A stretch of 49,595 bases of DNA, counting the filler, from Catajapyx aquilonaris (taxonomy: Eukaryota), in NCBI GenBank assembly GCA_000934665.2. It is 2 parts of 2 records of this genome, joined end to end, with 100 filler letters (N's around TTAATTAATTAA, not from the genome) between each part and the next. Parts side by side here need not be neighbours in the genome. Positions count along the whole stretch, not along the records: positions 1 to 24,751 come from JYFJ02005466.1; positions 24,852 to 49,595 come from JYFJ02005467.1. One strand, 5' to 3'. Positions 23,389 to 34,981 of the stretch are shown here, in pieces. The translations under genes were made by a program, and so were the position numbers. The notes beneath the pieces were generated by a model. That model saw nothing but the letters and a program-made list of their open reading frames with translations, had not been told where the DNA came from and did no database searches. Position 1 is the stretch's first letter; every line of letters starts with the position of its first letter.

Positions 23389-24660
23389 ATGCTAAGGTCA
23401 AGAGCAGATCTGAAAGTTGCTTGTCCAATGTCTGTTGATACAATCATCAGTTGGTCAAGGTGTATAATTTGTCAAAACACAGACAAAAGGGAGCTGCGGT
23501 GCCCTGCCAACAATCCTGTCGCTGACAAGAAGTTCGTCTCCTATTTGGGAGTAGCAAACAGCTTCGCGGAGCTCATCAAGTTGGACTATGTTCTTCCATC
23601 AGGTCTGCCTGTCTCCTATTTTTGCAAAAGCAATGTTGATGGTGCTGGTGACGGGGCTGGGAGTAATAGTCACAATGACAGCAGTGATGACGTGGATGGT
23701 GGTGGTGGCCCGCCCGATGGTGATGGGGGTGCGGTGCAGGGTACTGGTGACAGTGCGCGTCTTCGAGACGAAAGAGCCAACAGAATTCTGTCTACAGTCG
23801 TTGCAGAAAAAGCAAAGTGGCATAAGGCTTGCATCAATAATTATTTGGGTCCTATGTTTGACAAATATCTGAAGAGTGTGACCAAGACGAAGGAAGAAAC
23901 TGAACATGCCCACGCGACTGATGAGGTTGAGTTCCCGAAAAGAGCGACTCGATCGTCTACTTCCAAAGTGGATTATAAGGAAGACATTTGCTTCCTCTGC
24001 CACGAGCCTGCAAAGAGGAGGGAAGTGCTGAGAAAATGTGCCACGAAAAAACAACTTCGATTTGTAAAGAAATGTGCAGAGCAGTTTGGAGACACCCTTC
24101 TGCTCGCAACCATCCACACATGGGGTGATCTAGTGGCTTTAGAGGCCAAGTATCATCTGAAGTGCTTGGCACGTCTATGCAATCGATTCAGAAAGTCAGA
24201 GGCAAGCACAGCATCCAACTATGATGGCACAAATTGGGTTATGTGCGAGGGCATCGCTCTTGTTGATGTTATGTTGCAGATCCAAAGCAAACTGGACTCA
24301 CTTGGTAGAAACTAGAAAGTGCTTTTTCAAAATGTCAAACCTGCGAGGCATGTACCACAAACGCCTCGCTCCACTTCTTGGTGTGCCTGCGTCCACTGTT
24401 ACGCCACCTCACCAATCGAGGTTTCGGGAAAAAATATTGGCCAACTTTCCGCAACTTCGAGCGGAAAAGTCGGGTGCGTAGATGACTTAAAGTCATTGCG
24501 TTTTAAATGGTAGTAATTCTTGGATGAGTCAATTGTGTTTCACTGATTTCAGTTTCTTTATCACAGGACGGGCGTACATACTGTTGCACAACAATGCAAA
24601 CATACTGACAAGGGAAGGTCACGGGGTGATAATGTCGGATCTTGATGAAATTGCACATGC
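23389..24660 (+). pseudogene. Academ-like transposase N-terminal region, frameshifted
   Basis: Motifs WSRCIICQ...LRCP, AKWHKAC, CFLC and GDLVALEAKYHLKCL. A frameshift near 24305 continues as FKMSNL..MY.KRL...HQSRFREKILANFPQL. A GT-AG intron then joins KSG|RAYILL. Confidence 0.7.
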
Positions 24661-24751
24661 TAATACAGGACAATATATGATGCCCAAAAATGAAATATTT
24701 CGTGCGGAACCCCATATTTGCAAAAGTTATGACGTCTTAAAGTTCCAAAAA

Positions 24752-24851
24752 NNNNNNNNNNNNNNNNNNNNNNNNNNNNNNNNNNNNNNNNNNNNTTAAT
24801 TAATTAANNNNNNNNNNNNNNNNNNNNNNNNNNNNNNNNNNNNNNNNNNNN
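24752..24851. other. Artificial 100-bp contig spacer (44N + TTAATTAATTAA + 44N)
   Basis: Symmetric N runs around a 12-mer that has TAA stops in all six frames. Confidence 0.9.
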
Positions 24852-25885
24852 TGTTTATTCGTAATTACGAACTCACCAATAAATTTCCATAATGGAGGTC
24901 GAGACATTCGTTCACAGGGTCCAAAAAATCCAGCAAGTCTGGGCTATCGAAAGCACATGTTTTTGGAGCTGCAGTACTACTAGCAGCAGACACATTCTGG
25001 AAAAGATTTTTTTTTGTACATGTGTATACAGTTTGGCCTTTTGGTAAATTTTGGGAAACACTTTTACCTGTGAGAACTGAAGCACAGTGACAACCAGAAT
25101 CACCAGGAGGGACACAGAGCAATTCAGGATCATGGTCAGTATCTATAGAGTTCTGAACTACTTCAGTACTCTTACTGAGACCTCAACTGCGAACATGGAC
25201 ACATTTTATCATGATCTTTTTTCCTTCCTCACAAAGACTTCCTTTTTTTGTCAAAATCGGTGCACAGGAAGTTGATCGCAATCAAAAATTCAACCAACGC
25301 AACAAATATGCAAATCATTCGAAAAAACATACATAATCGCACATCGGTTTTGGTGCGCGCACGCAAAAACCTTGACAAACATACATGTTGTTGGCACCAT
25401 CATGTGACAGAACAGTGTTCCTGTATGCGATGCCCTTAAGCCAACAATGACCATATTTACACGAGGCCCTGTTTTTTTCTGCTCTCGTATACACCATAAA
25501 CGACATCAACCGATACCGTCGACCTCACATTTTGTATTCAGACTCAATGGAAGTTCACGCTAGAGCGTGGGAATCACAAGTTGATGTGAGGAAGCCACTT
25601 TTTTGGACACAATATCGTATGGAAGTTTCGCCTCTTCTGAAGGTTGTCACTGAGGACAGTTCATGGTTCTCTCAATTTTATTACTACTTCCTTGTTTCGC
25701 TGTGTCTCTCCTGCTGGAATAGTCACATACAAACGACTTTTTTTCCCCCCATTATATTTAATTTTCATGTTTCAAAACTGGAGACACTGATAAAATTTCT
25801 TGTTTGCAAGCTCTCTTCGACACGATCAATTCCTCATCTCTGCAACGATACTTCGTAGAGTGTTCTTCAAGTGCTGTGCATCATC

Positions 25886-27424
25886 TTATCCCCTGTATTT
25901 AGCTGTCATCATCCTGGGAATCGGAGTAGACATCTCAGCCAGTCGAGGAGAGGCTTCGAACTAACAAACAGATCATGCAATCAATGAAATGTANTAGCTG
26001 ATCATCTCTGTTGAATCCAATCAATAAAATCTTACATATATATAAGAGGAAAGTTTGTCGGTATGTCCCATTTCCCTTTCCTGCCCCCACCCATAGACCT
26101 TAGAGCGTGGAGCAAATAGTTACGAGCCTGGTCGCCAGTTGGCGGAGCAGACGCCAGTACGCCATCTGCTAACCCGGCTTATTACTCCATCAGTTGGTGA
26201 TTCTTAATTTTATATGGGGATGCTGCGTCTCCTCCACGCTCTAAGGTCTATGCCCCCACCGCCCCACAGCCATCGCCCGAAGTTAATGCATCAATATTCT
26301 CGTGATAACAAAATGAATAACCTACTTTCAGGACAGCTGCAGTAATGGGCAGCGGTACAGGGTTCGGATGCAGCACTTTCGGATGTTCGCGTTTGAATTG
26401 GGCTATTTCTTCTGTCCTTTCGCTGCACTTGTAATTTTTGAGCGACCTCCTGACCACCGGTTTATCCCAAGGAGCTGTTAGTTGAAATTAAAACAGCGTT
26501 ATAGCACTACACCACCAGTTAATATATTAGTCTGCATAAAAATAATGACGAAGGGAGGTCGACATACGTATTACAAGCTGACGGGGCATTGAGATTTCCT
26601 GGATCCTGTCAGTCCCAACATAATTCAAGACTGCTTTCGTTGCCTTCCACACGGGAGACCTGGAGTTGAAACAATACTTTTCAGCAACAAAATCACAACA
26701 TGGCACTCTTTTTTTTCCTCCACAAAATTGTTCTGGTGCACTGTCAGCACCATATCAAGGTGAAGGTTATATGAAGAGAATGTAAAATATATTTTTTTAT
26801 TATTTTTGATAGAGTGCTGGTGGTTAATTTCCACTAACTTGGGAATCAAGACGTCTGGGTGTTGCTGCTTGGGTTCGGCCATCACGAGAAGCCTGGGCCC
26901 AGCCACGGCCTTCAGGGCAGCCCTACTCACAAGATTGGCTCTGAAATGAATGAATGAGAACATAGACGTGTAAGTACGAGCTTTGTTGTTCTATAAGTAA
27001 ATGAGTTGTCCGTACCTTGGTTTCTTACACTCCGGATAAGGTTTAGGCTTAGCTAAGATTTCCATGCGCTGAAAAAAAAAGTCGTATGTTGCCTTTAATT
27101 CGTGTTTATATTGCTTATACTGTTGCTATATAAAAGTATGATATTTATTAATTAATTTAATTATAAATAATTAATAAATGAAATGCGTACCTCCATGTCG
27201 ATTTTTCCCTTCTTTCCCCTCCCCTCACGACCTGCGAAAATTAAATTTTGTTGCAAATATTTTTGCACAGTATATACGTATGTGGTACCGTAGGTGCTTA
27301 CCTCTGTAATCCATTCGCCATCGTGGGGCAGGATACTTCTTGGGCAGTGACAGGGCCCTGATTCGGTCAGTGGGAACTGCTGTCTTTGCACCTCGTGACA
27401 CCGCAATCTCGCCAGATTTTCTTA

Positions 27425-27495
<71 letters not shown>

Positions 27496-27708
27496 TGTAA
27501 TATAAAATATGTGTAATGCTATATTAGTTCTCCCGGGTTACTTTGGATATCGAAAATCCTTGTGCAGCTTTCTGGGTTGTGCAAGCTGATCCAGGCGATC
27601 TTTTGGTCCTTCTGCATTGTAGTAGGACCTGACTGTGGCTGGAGCTGTGTTTGGAGGGGGTCGCTGGCTAGGCTTGCTCTCGACATCTGAGATCACCACT
27701 TTAGACAT
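25886..27708 (-). CDS. THEG/SPMAP2-like (testicular haploid expressed gene repeat) protein, about 265 aa, 8 exons
   Basis: Exons 27708-27542, 27420-27302, 27231-27191, 27068-27016, 26940-26839, 26659-26568, 26474-26326 and 25960-25886 sum to 798 bp. Phases are consistent and introns are GT-AG. Repeats: RLDQLAQPRK, VSRGAKTAVPTDRIRALSLPK, RMEILAKPK, VSRAALKAVAGPRLLVMAEPK, SPVWKATKAVLNYVGTDRIQEISMPR, CSERTEEIAQFK and ASPRLAEMSTP. Confidence 0.82.
26092..26252. mobile_element. 161-bp MITE with an 8-bp TSD (P-element/hAT-like) in THEG intron 7
   Basis: TIRs CATAGACCTTAGAGCGTGGAG / CTCCACGCTCTAAGGTCTATG. TSD CCCCCACC at 26084-26091 and 26253-26260. Confidence 0.85.
27426..27494 (+). repeat. (AAT)n microsatellite abutting the acceptor of THEG intron 1
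   Basis: About 23 perfect AAT units. Confidence 0.95.
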
Positions 27709-29183
27709 TATCAAATAATTTCAAGGGGTTTTTTTCTGGTGCCAAATAAAAAAGGCGCGGTGCTATGGAATAAAATAAGTCTAACTGATTGCAGAATGTG
27801 CGTAGACTAGGCAACCACGAGAGGCAACAATGTGAAGGTAGCCAACCTGGTTGTTTACAATTTCATTAATTGTTATTTAGCAGATTAATTTGATTTGTGT
27901 GTTATTTTAATTATACTTTGGGTGTGATTCTTAAATCAGTAGAAACAGGAATAGACACAGTTGAAGACCAAAATATTTATTTTAAAAATAGATACCAAAT
28001 GGTAGGATGTGGTGAATAAGCTGTGGAGACATTTAAGAGACAATGGTTTTGTTTAATGACTGAGGACATCATCATGTTGTACAAGAGTGTGAACCTCCTA
28101 CGTAGCTATACATTCTCAAAATTATGAGGAACCTATACAGATGAGCTATGCAGAGGTATGAACTGTACTTAATGCATGTGGACAATAGTAGAAGCTAATA
28201 TAGCTTGATGAAATTAGGGCTATACCTCGGGCTATACAATGACTTTTTGTTTGAATAAGGAGTGAAAATTGCAGCAAATATTGCCTAGTGCTAATCTAAA
28301 TTTTTAGTCAGAGATCTGGAGTCGGCCTATGGGTAATAATATTTGTGCCATGTACCATATCATAGTTTTCCTTGTTTTATTAATATTTTCAGTCCATAAA
28401 ATAACGGCACCGTATTCTCACTCAACAGTAAAATAATCACCCTTCTATGACATGTCAGGTGATGAGGTAATGAAAGGAAATGCTATTTACAAATCCGTCA
28501 AAAGTAATACACATGAAGCAACTAGTCTGAAAAAAGAAAACAATGCAGACAGTACAGAATTTTCCTATGTTGCAAGAGTAGTACAGTACAACAGGACAAC
28601 ACATGTATGACATGTGTATTCCACAAACACAAAATATACATTGACAAGCTAAGCGTTACATCTGCAATTTTTAAAAATATCATTAACATTCTAGATTTCA
28701 ATCATTTCATGCCAGTAGGGCTTGAATGCTAACGTAAATGGGATTACTTGTTTTTGTTATATTAATTGTTAGTTCATATTGGACACGGCCATGCTGTTAC
28801 ATCTGCTAGGGAAATGCACATAACGTATTACGGTATGATGTTGTGCGCTCCTAGTATACATTGAGAAATTCCACGATTACAAGTCAGGTCAAGGAGTAGT
28901 TTACTACACCATGCTGATTTTGCATGGGGCCAAGTCCAACTGATACTGCAACCTCAAATCTTTCATGCCCTATGTCTTTCACATTACATCCATATAATGA
29001 AACTTAAAAGTAGTAGTGTACGCAACAGCTTCAGTACTGTTGGAGTAAAACTGTTCCCAGCTTATACTGTCCGACCTGCTGAATATGTATAGCTGAACTG
29101 TTTTCCTTACAATAATTTGCCATCTCAATTTCACGCCAGGACACCTGTTGTTACACTCTGATAAAACATGAGCATAAATTTCA

Positions 29184-31554
29184 TTACATAAATGTATGGC
29201 GACGAGAAGGGTCTCCAGATGACAGCAGCTCGTCATATTTCGACATGGCTTCATCTATGTCCACATAGCATCCTTTCAAATGCCTGGATGGGGAGATAGA
29301 GAGATTATCGCTATGACCTCACTAGATAAAAGAGGTCACACACATGAAGTAGGCTTGACACGAGACCCGTGCAAATTAAATAATTTTTTTTATCTCAAAT
29401 CTCTATGCAGACACTGCAGTCAATGCTTACCTGGTGACACGAGTTGGATCAAATTCAGTCCTTCCATGCAAGACTCGTCGGTTATTGAACGCTACCAGGT
29501 CTCCAGGTGCCATGTGGAACCTAAGCTCGGAGGAAGCTTCACGCATCTTGTCAGAAAAAAGCTGGAAAAATTTACATGATAAAAATTGTCAGTCAGTGAT
29601 GGTGATCATGACCTTACCTTGTAAGCATGATAAAAAGGCAAAACGACATGAGAAGGTGCTTGGAGAGGCCCCATTGTCCTGTTGTTGTAATGAATTTCAG
29701 TGGCATCGCCATCCTGATTCAATATTATGATGGGCCACAATTGTGAGTACCGTTTCTGAAAAATTGAGCACATAAGTACATAATCATTATTTTGTTGTAC
29801 GGCTGTAATACCCCTTTAGTTTTGATCTGGAATCTGATTGGTGTGGTAGCCAACACGTGGAATGCAGCAGGCTCGTTCTCCTCCAGCCATTTAGCAACAC
29901 GAAAACCATCCACAAAGAAGGACATACCACCTGGATCAGACCCTTGCTGCTGTGGAGTTTGAGACTGCAAAATAATTACGTAAATATAACCGCATTTGCC
30001 ACAGAGGTTTGGCCTATTGTTAGCTAGGAATGCAGGCATGAACATGCGGAATTCCGATCAGGCATTTCCGTCACGCAGCCTCTAAATAACAACCTTCATA
30101 TGAATACATTGCATTGAACTTGGCTAGAAGCAGGTCATGAATGCAGAAGGCACAGATGTATAAACTAATATGAATAATATAGTTGACCTCGATCAAACTA
30201 CATTGCTTTGCCCTACAATAACGGTACAAACGATATCTCATTTATCATATAGTAATCTTTCAGACAGGTTTATCGAGGAGAGACAAATAAAGTCTAGTTA
30301 TCTCTCCATGAAGTAGGGACACTTCTGGATGATAAAAGTAATTAAAAACACAGTCACTGTATCCTTGAATAGCCACTGATAAAATACATGCCTTGAGACA
30401 GTGCAACAGTTGCATTCCAGGGCTCTTTTCGCGGTAATTCATGTCCGTATGATGATGCAAGTACACTCCGGAGAAGGCCAAGTGAGCTTCAGGATCAGGC
30501 TCGTTTATGACATCAAAAGTCACACCGTAATTGGTCTCCTTCACGTACGCAAATCGCTTCACCACCTCCACTATCTTCCCCTGTAACACCCAGAAATCAG
30601 TAAATATGTCCATGTCATATAATTAACCAGAACCTTACTTCAACAGTGGGCGCATCGCGCATAACAGCCAGACCAAACTGGTGAAACATTTCCAGCCATG
30701 ACCTCAGTCCTTCGTCACTTTCCATCACTTCATGGTACGAAATCTCAGGAAAGTTCTTCCAGATCGTGGTTCGATCCCAGAGCTCAATAGGAGGCCTATG
30801 AGGATGGGAATCAGCATCTTCTGACTCGAACGTATCATGCATGAAGCAGTGACCATACCGGTACAACCTGCAAAAAAAAAATGCATATTAAAATTATTGA
30901 ACCTGTTTGAATAAGATCGATCCAATCTCCTGTTGTTTTTGGGGGGTTACTGTAGTCACAAGATAATTACCAACTGGGGTCATATTCAGTGATGTGTTCT
31001 TTGTCACCTTCTTGCCAACTGATAGCCAGTTGACCATGCTCATTTATAGACACAGTCTTGGCCTTGATTCCCACGTTTTGTGAGGGTGTGTCCATCAACT
31101 TCTGCCTCGTGTCCGGATGAATACACTCGGGGCATTTGCAGTTATCACGTAACTGTAAAAAAAAACACATTATTATTATGACGTGAAAAATAGGCTGTGA
31201 ATGGCCTCACTTGATATTCCATAATTTCCTAGTTTTATCTTAACTGTCTGTTACTCACCCAAATGGACTTGAAATCAGCAATTTTGTGGTCATCAAAAAT
31301 GACTTTGATGGTGTTGTGTGGAGCAGAGAGAGCTGACGTAATTGCTGGTCCTGACTCAAGACCAAGTTTGGCCACCGTACTTTTATCTATAAAAGGGTTG
31401 AAGGACACCCGATTATTGCACATACTATACTCTTGTTATGATGCAGTGTGCTATACATACGTTTAAAGGTATTGACCCATCCGTATTGTGACAGTGGTGG
31501 TCGACATGCACGAGTTTGTAGACTCGCTAAACGAAGTATACTCCTTAGTGCCAT
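29184..31554 (-). CDS. BBOX1: Gamma-butyrobetaine dioxygenase-like (TauD/GBBH family), 9 coding exons
   Basis: Exons 31554-31461, 31386-31259, 31152-30971, 30867-30639, 30580-30392, 29964-29812, 29755-29618, 29561-29431 and 29283-29184. Motifs: WLRDNCKCPEC (Zn site), ETNYG, HTD, QLLHC, VDGF, NRRVLHGR and HLKGCYVD. Confidence 0.88.
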
Positions 31555-34063
31555 TGCGTGATGTGCGCTGGAAATGAACAATGATTGGTTGGAATGGTAC
31601 TTTTGACCCACTTGCACTAAGTACAATGCTGCGTGATTGCCTCCAGTTAAGACTTTTTGTTCATAGTGACAATGGCTGGATTATTCAATCTGCATAGATG
31701 CAGGATAATTAATCCGCGCATGGAATGCACAAAAAAAATCGTGTGCGCTATTTCAGCAATTTGCATAAGATTAAACCCCTGATTTGATCATTTTTAAACA
31801 CAGATTTTCGAGCTACCCTTGACATATTGACCAAATTTGACAAAATGTTGCGCAATAGGCCCTTGATTTTTCATAGTGGCGTAATCGGCAATGTCAGGAA
31901 GATATGTTCGCAAAACAAGTGCAGGAATTACAATGAAACATGCCATGATTTTACTATAAACTAGTACCCGGTAATGCAAATTGCAATCGGCGCTCCATTA
32001 ACTACGTACAAAGCCTTCAATGGATCTATAATTAGCCGGCAAGACCTTCAATAAACACCTCATAAAATTATAGCATCCGGAATAATGTTCTCTGCTATGT
32101 AAACAACACGGGGTTTGTGAAAAACAAGTTGTGACACTCGGTAAATATTTTGACAGCCACCAAACCAAAGTCCGGTGACTGTCTTGTCACCACAAAATTT
32201 TCAGAAAAATTTGTGACGACTCAAACCGTGACCCTTGAAACGAGCCAACAAATCAATACCTTAACAATCTTTGCACGAGCTCCCTTCATGACCCACACCT
32301 GACACACATCCTAAATAAACACGCATGCAAATATTTTATACTGACCTAGACTTTAACACTATCTGTTACGAAATGACTGTCACTCTATGTCACTGAAGGA
32401 ATATTAAAAATAGAGATGGTCACCTCTGTACAGAGCTCACAGGATCGTGTGAGAGTTGAACCCAGCAGCTGTTCACGTTTCGGTTGTCCAAGTGCGACTG
32501 CGCTGCTTTTCGACAAGCCTCCTATTTGTGCCTCCTATCGCTCGATAGGCTATACGTATCTGAGCCGGTTTGAAGTACTCGTTATCGGATGATAATACAA
32601 AAAAAAAAAAAAATCCTGGTTTACCTTTCACTGACCTTACAGCCTCCAAGTGGGACCAGGTCAGATTTCCAATGGGTCAACTATCTGTTGGAAAGGTCGA
32701 GACGTATTTTTTTTTATATGAAAAGATCGGTTATCGTGATGCAAACGTATATGCGTACCTGACGTACATCGTTACCGTAATCAGCTGTGGTTGAAGGTCG
32801 TGGGGAGGGCGAAAGGAACAACTTTTCCTGGTGCTATTTATTGCGCAATACCAACGCAATACCAATTAACTAATCAAACACGAAAGCTGTTGAGTCACAT
32901 ATTTTGCGCTCATTTTTTATGCTTTAGTTATATTTACGAGGGTAAACTATAGCTTTTATTGTTACATATGACACATTTAAAACTATACGGTACACATGAT
33001 GATTCATATTTATTCACATGAAGTGAACTCTTGTCCAGACTGATGTCATTTGGTCTATGCAGACTAATTGCTTTGATTAACATTAAGATTGTAAAGTATT
33101 TTAGGATCCAGCTCTTGTAACTTGCGCAATTTTTTATGTTGGGGTACAGGAATAATCTAGAAGCTCGTGAGATAAAAATAATATTACAGCACTTGCTGAC
33201 CTCAGCGTAATTATTCGGAATTATCACATTTGTACTGATGGCGGAATGCTAATTGGCAAGTGGATCAGTGTCATCAGCAACGACGCGTACGGGTCGCGGG
33301 GCCCGGAGGGGCCTCATAAGTAAAGTGATCAATCAAGCAAAAGAAATTCCCCATTCAAACTATCGCGGAGGGCTATGGCTTTACAATCGACTTATTTATG
33401 ATCGTTTCATTGTCATTAAGACAGAAGCAAAACCCAGTAGTTGTCGCGTCTATTTTAGGTGGAAAAATAAGGTAGGAAAAGATGATGGAAAGAGGAGGCA
33501 GGCAAGAGTGAAGGCGATTCGATTATTAATGTATTGTATTGGTAAATTGCTAATAAATGAGGGAATATTGATGGGCTGCATGGCCCAATTTAGCTGGGTC
33601 AGCCCAGAATTTTTCGGGAAATGCGTAACTTTAGTTATCGTGCCGGAAGTAATGCCCAGCGGCGTTGATATTGAAATCGACCGACATTTTGCACCGCAAA
33701 TAGACAAGAGACCCAAGGTTTTTCTTGTCTTAATTACAAAAATAATCGATCATAAACAACACGATTATAAAGCCAGAGGCTGAAGTAAAAATGTTGGAAC
33801 CATTTCTGATATATTATTGGTTTTGCAGTTTTATTTTACTATCACAAATTTTTGAAGGCATTTTACTTGTGTATTTGACATGAAAACCATAATTATAGCC
33901 ACTCTCTTCGTCTGTAGGAAAGGCCATCAGTCGTCTCCAGCACACTCACCAGCAAGCCTGACTTGTCAAGCAGCACCATTGCACCCATGCATGTACTCGA
34001 CATCGGCTGGGCACTGTACAGCACATACCCGGTAATATTATATTGGTATTGCCGACCATTCAC

Positions 34064-34890
34064 GGGAACCTCTCGAAGTGTCACTCGAAGTTCAAGGTGA
34101 ATTTTTTTTTTTCGGGTTCCTTATCAGCTAGAAGGACAACACCCTTCCGGAGAAATCCTCGATCTCAAGCGTTTCCGAGATACAGGGGTCAAAAGGTCAA
34201 GAATGGACCACTTTATGAAGGCCCTGAGGAAGCTATCATTAGTGCTATCGGCGAGAGTTTGGGGATCTAGAGGTTTCCTGGGATGGGGAATACAGTGGCA
34301 TAACCGAAAATCATGAATTATGCACATGAAGGGTACTTCTCAGGGAAGAGGGTGGGAGGTGGGGGGACAAAAATTACTATAAACAAAGTATTTTCTACTC
34401 CTTACGTCTTTAGACAGCACTGACTGGACACCCAAGTTGGTGAATTTCGTCAAGAGGAGTGCTTCAAAAATTCTACATAATTCATGTGTACATGATATAG
34501 TTAATGAAATTCACCAACTTGGGTGTCCAGTCAGTGCTGTCTAAAGACGTAAGGAGTAGAAAATACTTTGTTTATAGTAATTTTTGTCCCCCCACCTCCC
34601 ACCCCCTTCCCTGAGAAGTACCCTTCATGTGCATAATTCATGATTTTCGGTTATGCCACTGTATTCCCCATCCGAGGAAACCTCTAGATCCCCAAACTCT
34701 CGCCGATAGCACTAATGATAGCTTCCTCAGGGCCTTCATAGAGTGGTCCATTCTTGACCTTTTGACCCCTGTATCTCGAAAACGCTTGAGATCGAGGATT
34801 TCTCCGGAAGGGTGTTGTCCTTCTAGCTGATAAGGAACCCGAAAAAAAATATTTCACCTTGAACTTCGAGTGACACTTCGAGAGGTTCCC
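34064..34890. mobile_element. 827-bp foldback element (arms about 385 bp, spacer about 57 bp)
   Basis: 34064-34448 is a near-perfect inverted repeat of 34506-34890. The mirrored 67-aa ORFs differ by one residue. Confidence 0.9.
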
Positions 34891-34981
34891 TCGTCAGACT
34901 GTTTTGAGACTGCTGGATGACCAGTGTGTAAAAACTACCAAGTTAAATTATTATTTGTCCTGAGGTTCACCAACCCATCAG

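Larger units (their letters stand above)
22310..24751 (+). mobile_element. 5' part of an Academ-like DNA transposon (runs into the gap)
   Basis: The terminus TAGGTTAAAC... is followed by subterminal TGACC/GGTCA repeats and a transposase-like N-terminus. Confidence 0.65.

Noticed and set aside
23599..24117. 172-aa minus-strand ORF
   Set aside because: Antisense shadow of the transposase ORF.
24852..25860. Short minus-strand ORFs after the gap
   Set aside because: No consistent exon chain or motif. The region could be UTR or decayed repeat.
26030..26091. Helitron-like 5' end (A|TCTTACATATATATAAG) in THEG intron 7
   Set aside because: No matching 3' hairpin or CTAG was found, and the segment is too short to call.
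33253..33783. 176-aa ORF as the missing PIAS N-terminus
   Set aside because: It has a TTG start, no SAP/LxxLL pattern and non-coding-like composition.
34124..34830. Mirrored 67-aa ORFs
   Set aside because: A by-product of the foldback arms.
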